NCBI GenBank assembly: GCA_963762145.1
Contig: CAVXJS010000014.1
Coordinates: 288,001 to 352,000, forward strand
Length of the DNA stretch: 64,000 bases
Direction of reading: 5' to 3'
From: an uncultured Candidatus Rokubacteria bacterium
GTDB lineage: Bacteria; Methylomirabilota; Methylomirabilia; Rokubacteriales; CSP1-6
Shown here: positions 57,584 through 64,000 of the stretch, in pieces
Layout: every line of letters begins with the position of its first letter
Numbering within the stretch: the first letter of the stretch is position 1
Translations under genes and position numbers: made by a program
The notes under the pieces: generated by a model
Database searches by the model: none
What the model was told of the DNA's origin: nothing
The model's input: the letters and a program-made list of their open reading frames with translations, nothing else

Positions 57584-58585
57584 CTACTGGACCACTTCGT
57601 CAGCGCGGACCAGCAGCGAGGGTGGCATCGTCAATCCCAGCGTCGCCGCCGTCTTGAGGTTGACGGCGAGGATATACGTCGTCGGCTGCTGCGCCGGGAG
57701 GTCGGCCGGCTTCACCCCCTTGAGGATGCGATCGACGTATACGGCGGCCTGACGAAAGCTGTCTTCGATGCTGGGCCCGTACGACATCAGGCCGCCCTCA
57801 CGGACGAGGAGGTCGGTTTCATACATGGCGGGAATGCGCTGCGTCGCTGCGAATTCGATGAAGCGTTTACGATTCACGTTCGTGAGCGCATCCGCCACCA
57901 GGAACATGGCGTCCGGCCGCTGCCGCGCCATTGTGGTGAACGCTCCGTCGAAATCATCCGGCTCGCGCACGCCGTGCGCCTGCACCTCCACCTGGAGGAT
58001 GCGCGCCGCCTTCTCGATCTCCCGGTAGCGCAGCGTCATCCCCTGATCGTTCGTGTTCCAGAAGACCGCGATCCGGGTCGCCTTCGGGACCGCTTCCTTG
58101 AGGAGCTCCATCCGCTTGGCGCTGAGCTGGACCGACTCGTCGGTCAGGCCGGTGATGTTCTGGCCCGGGCGCGCAAGGCTCGCGATTATCCCGGTGGCCA
58201 CGGCGTCGCCCGAGGCAGGCGCCATGACGATCGGAATGGTCGAAGTGGCCTGCTTCGCCGCCGCAGTCGACGCGCCTCCCTGCGTCACGAGGACATCGAC
58301 CCTGAGGCGTACGAGCTCCGCCGCCATGTCGGGAAGCCGTTCGACCTTGGCCTCCGCAAAGCGCGCCTCGTACACGATGTTCTGACCCTCGACATAGCCG
58401 AGTCCTCGCAACATCTCGCGAAGCGGGCGGGGCGGCGCGCCGTCGGGCGTGCGCCCGGCCGCCGACAAGTGACCGACGCGAAATACCTTCTGAGCCGGCT
58501 GCGAGGCCGCCAGGAACGGCACGGCGAGCGTGCCCACCGCGACGGAGGCGATCAGCGTGAGCCGCGCGATACGGGAATTCAGCAT
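57584..58585 (-). CDS. Orphan ABC substrate-binding protein (PF04392-like)
   Basis: SLARPGQNITG, GGLMSYGP, YVDRILKG.KPADLP, LLVRADEVVQ. Confidence 0.9.
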   Translation of the reverse strand: MLNSRIARLTLIASVAVGTLAVPFLAASQPAQKVFRVGHLSAAGRTPDGAPPRPLREMLRGLGYVEGQNIVYEARFAEAKVERLPDMAAELVRLRVDVLVTQGGASTAAAKQATSTIPIVMAPASGDAVATGIIASLARPGQNITGLTDESVQLSAKRMELLKEAVPKATRIAVFWNTNDQGMTLRYREIEKAARILQVEVQAHGVREPDDFDGAFTTMARQRPDAMFLVADALTNVNRKRFIEFAATQRIPAMYETDLLVREGGLMSYGPSIEDSFRQAAVYVDRILKGVKPADLPAQQPTTYILAVNLKTAATLGLTMPPSLLVRADEVVQ

Positions 58586-58668
58586 GACGTGATGTCCCTC
58601 CCACGACGACGTTCCTTTATGGCTCTTCGGAGCGTTGACGCGCTTCTGGCGGCCCTTACAATAGCCCA

Positions 58669-59091
58669 GTGAGCGGCCCTCGACACCATCGGATCTTTCC
58701 GGCTCGCCGCGACGCCCTGCCGCAGGTCGAGGCGTTTCTCGCCGAGGTGTGCGCGGCGGCCGGGCTCGACCGGGTGATGTGCCTTCGGGTCACGCTCCTG
58801 GTGGAGGAGCTCTTCACCAACACGGTGGTGCACGGGCACGGGACGGACAGCGATGCGCCGGTCCGGCTCGACTGCGACGTGGCGCCCGGCCGCGTCACGC
58901 TCGTCTACGAGGACACCGGCCCGCCCCACGATCCGTTCGCGGCGGTGGCGAGCCCCGATCCGGCCGTGGACGTGCAGGACCGTCCGGTGGGCGGGCTCGG
59001 GGTGCTCCTCGTCGCCGCCATGGCCCGGCAGTTCGAATACCGACGGGCGGACGACCGGAATCGCATCTCGCTCGTGTTCGGCCCCGCCTAG
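58669..59091 (+). CDS. Anti-sigma factor/Ser kinase (RsbW-like, HATPase_c_2)
   Basis: EELFTNTVVHG, EDTGPPHDP, RPVGGLGV. Confidence 0.88.
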   Translation: MSGPRHHRIFPARRDALPQVEAFLAEVCAAAGLDRVMCLRVTLLVEELFTNTVVHGHGTDSDAPVRLDCDVAPGRVTLVYEDTGPPHDPFAAVASPDPAVDVQDRPVGGLGVLLVAAMARQFEYRRADDRNRISLVFGPA

Positions 59092-59134
59092 GCATCCCCC
59101 GCGCTCCCTGCTACCATCCCCGCGGAGGTCCCCC

Positions 59135-60682
59135 ATGAACTGGAAGTCCGAGATGGACGAGCTGAAGCGCCGCGAGGAGTTCGCCGAGGGCCTGGGCGGC
59201 CCGGAGCGGGTCAAGCGGCAGCACGACGGCGGGCGCTACACGATCCGCGAGCGCATCGACCGGCTCGTCGACCCGCAGAGCTTCCACGAGATCGGCAAGA
59301 TCGCCGGGAAGGCCTCCTACGACGCCAAGAACGACCTGAAGGAGCTGACGCCGTCCAACTTCGTCTTCGGCCGGGCGCGGCTCGACGGGCGCCCGGTGGT
59401 GGTGGGCGGCGACGACTTCACGGTGCGGGGCGGCTCCGCCGACGCCACCATCAAGGGCAAGCACAACCAGTGTGAGCAGATGGCCAACGAGCTGCGCCTG
59501 CCGCTCATCCGCATCGTCGAGGGCTCGGGCGGCGGCGGCTCGGTGAAGACCATCGAGACCACCGGGCGCGCCAACGTGCCCGGCGTGGCCGGCTGGGAGT
59601 GGGTGGTCAACAGCATCGGCACGGTGCCGCGCGTCGCGCTCGGCCTGGGCTCGGTGGCCGGGCTCGGCGCCGCGCACCTCGCGGCCGCGCATCTCTCGGT
59701 GATGGTGAAGGACAAGTCGGCGCTCTTCGTGGCCGGCCCGCCGGTGGTCGAGCGGCTCGGCCAGAAGCTCACCAAGAACGAGCTCGGCGGCTGGCAGATC
59801 CAGCTCAAGTCGGGCGCGGTGGACCAGGCGGTGGATACCGAGGAGGAAGCCTTCGCGGTCGCGCGGCGCTTCCTGTCCTATCTGCCCTCCTCCATCTACG
59901 AGCTGCCGCCGCGCGGCCCGCAGACCGACGACCGCGAGCGCCGCGAGGAGTGGCTCTCGGATGCGGTGCCGCGCGACATCCGTAAGCCCTACAAGATGCG
60001 CGCGATCGTGGAAGCGGTGGTGGACCGCGGGTCGTTCTTCGAGATCCAGCCGCTCTACGGCCGCGCCATCATCACCGGGCTGGCGCGCCTCGACGGCTGG
60101 CCGGTGGCGGTCCTGGCCAGCGATCCCTATTTCTACGGGGGCGCCTGGACCGCCGACACCTGCCAGAAGGTGGAGCGCTTCGTGGACTTCGCGCAGACCT
60201 TCCACCTGCCGGTGGTCTACCTGGTGGACTGCCCGGGCTTCCTGATCGGGCTCGAGGCGGAGCAGACCGGGACCATCAAGCAGGGCGTGCGCGCGATGTC
60301 CGCGATCTGGCAGTCCACGATTCCGTGGTGCGCGGTCATCATCCGCAACGTGTTCGGGGTGGCGGGCGCGGCCCACAAGCCGGGCGCGCGCTACGGCCCG
60401 CGCTACGCGTGGCCCTCGGGGCGCTGGGGCTCGCTGCCGCTCGAGGGCGGCATCGAGGCGGCCTACCGCGCCGACCTCGACGGCGCGCCCGATCGCGCCG
60501 CGAAGATGATCGAGATCGAGGAGCGGCTGCAGAAGCTCCGCTCGCCCTTCCGCTCGGCGGAGGCCTTCTGGATCGAGGAGATCATCGATCCGCGTGCCAC
60601 CCGCCCGCTGCTCTGCGAGTTCGCGGAGCTGGCCGCGCCCCTGCGCGAGGTGGGGCCGTTCACTCACCGCATGCGGCCCTGA
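59135..60682 (+). CDS. Acyl-CoA carboxylase carboxyltransferase (beta subunit)
   Basis: RERIDRLVDP.SF, DFTVRGGS, FVAGPPVV, LVDCPGFLIG, EIIDPRATR. Confidence 0.92.
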   Translation: MNWKSEMDELKRREEFAEGLGGPERVKRQHDGGRYTIRERIDRLVDPQSFHEIGKIAGKASYDAKNDLKELTPSNFVFGRARLDGRPVVVGGDDFTVRGGSADATIKGKHNQCEQMANELRLPLIRIVEGSGGGGSVKTIETTGRANVPGVAGWEWVVNSIGTVPRVALGLGSVAGLGAAHLAAAHLSVMVKDKSALFVAGPPVVERLGQKLTKNELGGWQIQLKSGAVDQAVDTEEEAFAVARRFLSYLPSSIYELPPRGPQTDDRERREEWLSDAVPRDIRKPYKMRAIVEAVVDRGSFFEIQPLYGRAIITGLARLDGWPVAVLASDPYFYGGAWTADTCQKVERFVDFAQTFHLPVVYLVDCPGFLIGLEAEQTGTIKQGVRAMSAIWQSTIPWCAVIIRNVFGVAGAAHKPGARYGPRYAWPSGRWGSLPLEGGIEAAYRADLDGAPDRAAKMIEIEERLQKLRSPFRSAEAFWIEEIIDPRATRPLLCEFAELAAPLREVGPFTHRMRP

Positions 60683-60703
60683 GCGGGCTCGGTTGCCCCA
60701 CCA

Positions 60704-60738
60704 CCCCTCTCCCTGCCCTCTCCCCTGAGGGGAGAGGG
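60704..60738. repeat. BoxC-like palindromic repeat
   Basis: CCCCTCTCCCTGCCCTCTCCCC-TGA-GGGGAGAGGG. Confidence 0.8.
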
Positions 60739-60764
60739 ACACCGGGATGAAAGGTGTTTCTGAC

Positions 60765-61541
60765 ATGGCGTACAAGGCCTTCGACCTCACCGGCAAGACC
60801 GCGATCGTCACCGGCGGCAACAGCGGTATCGGCCTCGGCATGGCGGAGGCGATGGCGCAGGCGGGCGCCGCGGTCTGCATCTGGGGCACCAACGAGGACA
60901 AGAACGTGCACGCGCTCGCCCGCCTGCACGCGACCGGGGCCAAGGCCCTCGCGCTCCGCTGCGACGTGAGCGACGAGGCGGCGGTGGAGCACGCGTTCGC
61001 GGAGACGGTGTCCGCTCTCGGCGGGGTGGACGCCTGCTTCGTCAACGCGGGCGTCTCCGGCCGCGGCGGCGCCAGGAGCTTCGCCGAGATGACCACCGAG
61101 GAGTGGCACCGGGTGCTCGCGGTGAACCTCGACGGCGCGTTCTTCACCCTGCGCGCGGCGGCCCGGCACATGACCGCGCGCGGCGCGGGCGGCTCGCTCG
61201 CGGTCACCGCGAGCCTCGCCGCGCTCGAGGGCTCGCCCCTCAGCGCCCACTACGCGGCCAGCAAGGGCGCGATGCTGTCGGTGATGCGCGCGCTCTCGGT
61301 CGGCCTCGCGCGCCACAAGATCCGCGTCAACGCCATCGTGCCCGGCTGGATCGACACGCCGATGACCGAGAAGGCCGTCCACGGTGAGGCCTTCCAGACG
61401 CGCGTGCTCCCACGGGTCCCGGTGCGACGCTGGGGCACCGGCAGCGACTTCGGCGGCATCGCGGTCTACCTGGCGAGCGACGCGAGCAGCTACCACACCG
61501 GCGACACCTTCGTCATCGACGGCGGCTACGCCATCTTCTAG
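60765..61541 (+). CDS. SDR family oxidoreductase (KduD-like)
   Basis: TGGNSGIG, NAG, YAASK, VNAIVPG, IDGG. Confidence 0.93.
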   Translation: MAYKAFDLTGKTAIVTGGNSGIGLGMAEAMAQAGAAVCIWGTNEDKNVHALARLHATGAKALALRCDVSDEAAVEHAFAETVSALGGVDACFVNAGVSGRGGARSFAEMTTEEWHRVLAVNLDGAFFTLRAAARHMTARGAGGSLAVTASLAALEGSPLSAHYAASKGAMLSVMRALSVGLARHKIRVNAIVPGWIDTPMTEKAVHGEAFQTRVLPRVPVRRWGTGSDFGGIAVYLASDASSYHTGDTFVIDGGYAIF

Positions 61542-61544
61542 GGA

Positions 61545-61624
61545 CCCTCACCCCAACCCTCTCCCTGAAAGGGAGAGGGGAGTCGAACACCCTCTCCCCT
61601 CAGGGGAGAGGGCAGGGTGAGGGG
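61545..61624. repeat. Composite of two inverted BoxC-like palindromes between convergent genes
   Basis: CCCTCACCCCAACCCTCTCCC..GGGAGAGGG ... ACACCCTCTCCCCTCAGGGGAGAGGGCAGGGTGAGGGG. Confidence 0.85.
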
Positions 61625-61643
61625 TGGTTCCCACCTCCCACCG

Positions 61644-62195
61644 CTACCGCAGCCGCACCGGCTCCTCCGCCCGCCACTGCCCCGGCGGCAGCGGACCCAG
61701 CGCGTATGGCCCGATCGACGCGCGGATCAGCCGCAGCGTCGGGTGCCCCACCGCCGCGGTCATGCGCCGCACCTGCCGGTTGCGTCCCTCGCGGATCCCG
61801 ATCTCGATCCACGCGGTGGGGATGGCCGCGCGATACCGGATCGGCGGATCGCGCGGCCAGAGCCGGGGCGGCTCGGCGATGAGCCGGGCGCGCGCGGGCC
61901 GCGTGCGCCCGTCCTTGAGGACCACGCCGGCGCGGAGCTGCTCGATCGCGGCCTCGGCGGGCGCGCCCTCCACCTGCGCCCAGTAGGTCTTCTCGACACC
62001 GTGCCGCGGCTCGGCCAGGCGCGCCTGGAGGGCGCCGTCGTCGGTGAGCAGCACGAGCCCTTCGCTGTCGTGATCGAGGCGGCCGGCCGGGTAGACGCCG
62101 GCGACCGAGACGTAGCGGGCGAGGGTGGGCCGGCCCCCCGGGTCGGTGAACTGGCACAGCACGCCGTAGGGCTTGTTGAGGAGGAGCAGCTTCAC
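61644..62195 (-). CDS. rluE: 23S rRNA pseudouridine synthase (RluE-like)
   Basis: [41 protein letters not shown]. Confidence 0.88.
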   Translation of the reverse strand: MKLLLLNKPYGVLCQFTDPGGRPTLARYVSVAGVYPAGRLDHDSEGLVLLTDDGALQARLAEPRHGVEKTYWAQVEGAPAEAAIEQLRAGVVLKDGRTRPARARLIAEPPRLWPRDPPIRYRAAIPTAWIEIGIREGRNRQVRRMTAAVGHPTLRLIRASIGPYALGPLPPGQWRAEEPVRLR

Positions 62196-63268
62196 TCGGG
62201 TTCGAGGGCCGCCATCTGCCCCGGATCCAGCTCGAGCCAGACCTTCTCGTCCACCTCGAACACCTCGTGCGGGCGCGCGGTCACCCGCAGCGCGAGCGCG
62301 CTCTCCGCGGGGCGCACCGTGTAGTCCCAGTGCTCGCCCAGGTAGGCGCGCTGGGTGACCTGGCCCGGCACGACGCTCGCGCGCTGCGCCGCGGGCGGCG
62401 GCTGGCGGTGCAGCACGATGGACTGCGGCCGCAGCGAGAAGCTCACCCGACCCGCGAGGGCGGTCGGCTCCGCGAAGGCGCGCCGCGCGATCGCGAAGCG
62501 ATCGAAGACGACCTCCTCGCCGCGGACCTCCCCGTCCAGCAGATTGGTACGCCCGATGAAGCCGGCCACGAATCGCGTGCGGGGTCGCGCATAGAGGGCG
62601 CGCGGGGCGTCCACCTGCTCGACCCGGCCCTGGTTCATGACCGCGATGCGGTCCGAGGTGACCATCGCCTCCGCCTGGTCGTGCGTCACGTAGACCGTGG
62701 TGATGTGGAACTCGTCGTGGAGGCGGCGGATCTCGTAGCGCATCTCCTCGCGCAGGTTGGCGTCGAGGTTGCTCAGCGGCTCGTCGAGCAGCAGCACCGC
62801 CGGCTGGACCACGATGGCGCGGGCCAGCGCGACGCGCTGCTGCTGGCCGCCCGACAGCTCTTGCGGATAGCGCGCGCCCAGGTGGCCCATCTGCACCACG
62901 TCGAGGATCTTGGCCACCTTGGCCGCGATCTCCGCCTTGCCCAGGCGCCGCACCTCGAGCCCGAAGGCCACGTTCTCCGCGACGGTCATGTTGGGCCAGA
63001 TCGCGTAGCTCTGGAAGATCATGGACATGTTGCGCTTCTCGGGCGGCAGCGAGGAGCTCGGCGAGGAGATGGTGCGCCCGTCCATCGCGATGGTGCCCGC
63101 GCTCGGATCGAGGAAGCCCGCGATCATCCGCAGCGTGGTGGTCTTGCCGCAGCCCGACGGCCCCAGGAGCGAGACGAACTCGCCGGGCGGCAGCGTCAGG
63201 CTGAAGCGATCCACCGCGGTCACGCTGCCGAAGCGGCGGCTCACGTCGGTGAGGACGAGACGGCTCAC
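62192..63268 (-). CDS. ABC transporter ATP-binding protein (PotA/FbpC-like)
   Basis: [25 protein letters not shown]. Confidence 0.92.
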   Translation of the reverse strand: MSRLVLTDVSRRFGSVTAVDRFSLTLPPGEFVSLLGPSGCGKTTTLRMIAGFLDPSAGTIAMDGRTISSPSSSLPPEKRNMSMIFQSYAIWPNMTVAENVAFGLEVRRLGKAEIAAKVAKILDVVQMGHLGARYPQELSGGQQQRVALARAIVVQPAVLLLDEPLSNLDANLREEMRYEIRRLHDEFHITTVYVTHDQAEAMVTSDRIAVMNQGRVEQVDAPRALYARPRTRFVAGFIGRTNLLDGEVRGEEVVFDRFAIARRAFAEPTALAGRVSFSLRPQSIVLHRQPPPAAQRASVVPGQVTQRAYLGEHWDYTVRPAESALALRVTARPHEVFEVDEKVWLELDPGQMAALEPE

Positions 63269-64000
63269 GTGGCGGTCCTCCGCAGCAGGAAGTCCCGGCC
63301 GACCAGGCGGAAGCCCACCAGCACGAGCGCCACCGTGACCACGACGAGGATCAGGCCCATCGAGGAGAGGATCTCGAAGTTGCCCTCGTCGCTCTTGTCG
63401 AAGAGCAGCACCGAGAGCACCTGGGTGCCGGTGGTGTAGAGGAAGATCGCGGAGGACAGCTCGCGGGTGGCCGGGATGAACACCAGGATGAAGGCGCCCG
63501 CGAGCCCGCGCTTGAGCAGCGGCGCCACCACCCGGCGCAGGGCGAGCAGGCGGCTGCCGCCCAGGATGCGCGCGGCGTCCTCCAGCTCCGGGTTGATGCT
63601 GCGCAGCGCCGCGTCGCTGTTGGTGTACGCGATGGGCAGGAAGCGGGTCGCGAAGGCCAGGATCAGGATCCACGCGGTGCCGTAGAGCACCAGCGGCTTC
63701 GTGGTGTAGGCCGCGTAGAAGCCGATCGCGAGCACGATGCCCGGGATGACGAAGGGCGCCATCGCCACGTAGGTCAGCGCGCGGCCGAACGGCACCAGGC
63801 GCCGGGCCACGATGTAGGCGATGGCGAGTGCCAGGCCGAGCGCGATGATCGAGGCGGCGCCCGCATAGACGAAGGTGTTCACGGTGGCCGCGCGGGTGGC
63901 GGTCTGATCGAAGAGCACGAAGCGCAGATTGCGCAGGGTGACGTTGTCCCAGCCGAAGCCGCGGCCCCACGCGCGCGCGAGGGCCGCCTGCACGATCACC
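63265..64000 (-). CDS. Iron(III)-type ABC permease (FbpB-like), 3' part, begins outside the window
   Basis: [18 protein letters not shown], multiple TM segments. Confidence 0.88.
   Translation of the reverse strand, partial: VIVQAALARAWGRGFGWDNVTLRNLRFVLFDQTATRAATVNTFVYAGAASIIALGLALAIAYIVARRLVPFGRALTYVAMAPFVIPGIVLAIGFYAAYTTKPLVLYGTAWILILAFATRFLPIAYTNSDAALRSINPELEDAARILGGSRLLALRRVVAPLLKRGLAGAFILVFIPATRELSSAIFLYTTGTQVLSVLLFDKSDEGNFEILSSMGLILVVVTVALVLVGFRLVGRDFLLRRTAT

Noticed and set aside
11017-61624. Palindromic repeats as a possible CRISPR array or IS ends
   Set aside because: Copies are dispersed, with no regular spacers, no cas or transposase genes and no target-site duplications seen.
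3740-63439. Many long antisense or alternate-frame ORFs (e.g. 3740-5479 +, 42361-44628 +, 44908-46575 +, 59111-61207 -)
   Set aside because: They are shadows of well-supported genes; high GC and codon bias suppress stop codons and the translations have no family motifs.

Overview
High-GC bacterial chromosomal window, very gene-dense. The gene repertoire (orphan PF04392-type substrate-binding proteins, many ABC systems, TonB receptor) is suggestive of Ca. Rokubacteria/Methylomirabilota; this is inference only. The first ~3.2 kb has many frameshifts that look like contig-end sequencing errors. Contents: catabolic oxidoreductases, four ABC systems, a Ku/LigD NHEJ pair (each with one frameshift), a Piu-type iron-uptake operon with a DtxR/MntR-like palindrome upstream, an SPFH/zinc-ribbon operon, a STAS-MBL-CHASE2/PP2C partner-switching cluster facing FecR-OmpA, and two families of short palindromic repeats. 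The best candidate for a new system is at 28.6-30.9 kb: an ECF sigma factor coupled to one protein that fuses a zinc anti-sigma (ZAS) domain, an O6-alkylguanine alkyltransferase and a C-terminal N-Ada-type Zn domain. A bipartite motif (GCCGTTTCACACC-N9-GCGGTGTCTCA) occurs both before the sigma gene and before two downstream small genes, suggesting an alkylation-sensing ECF regulon. No tRNA, rRNA, CRISPR array, transposase or phage genes were recognised.
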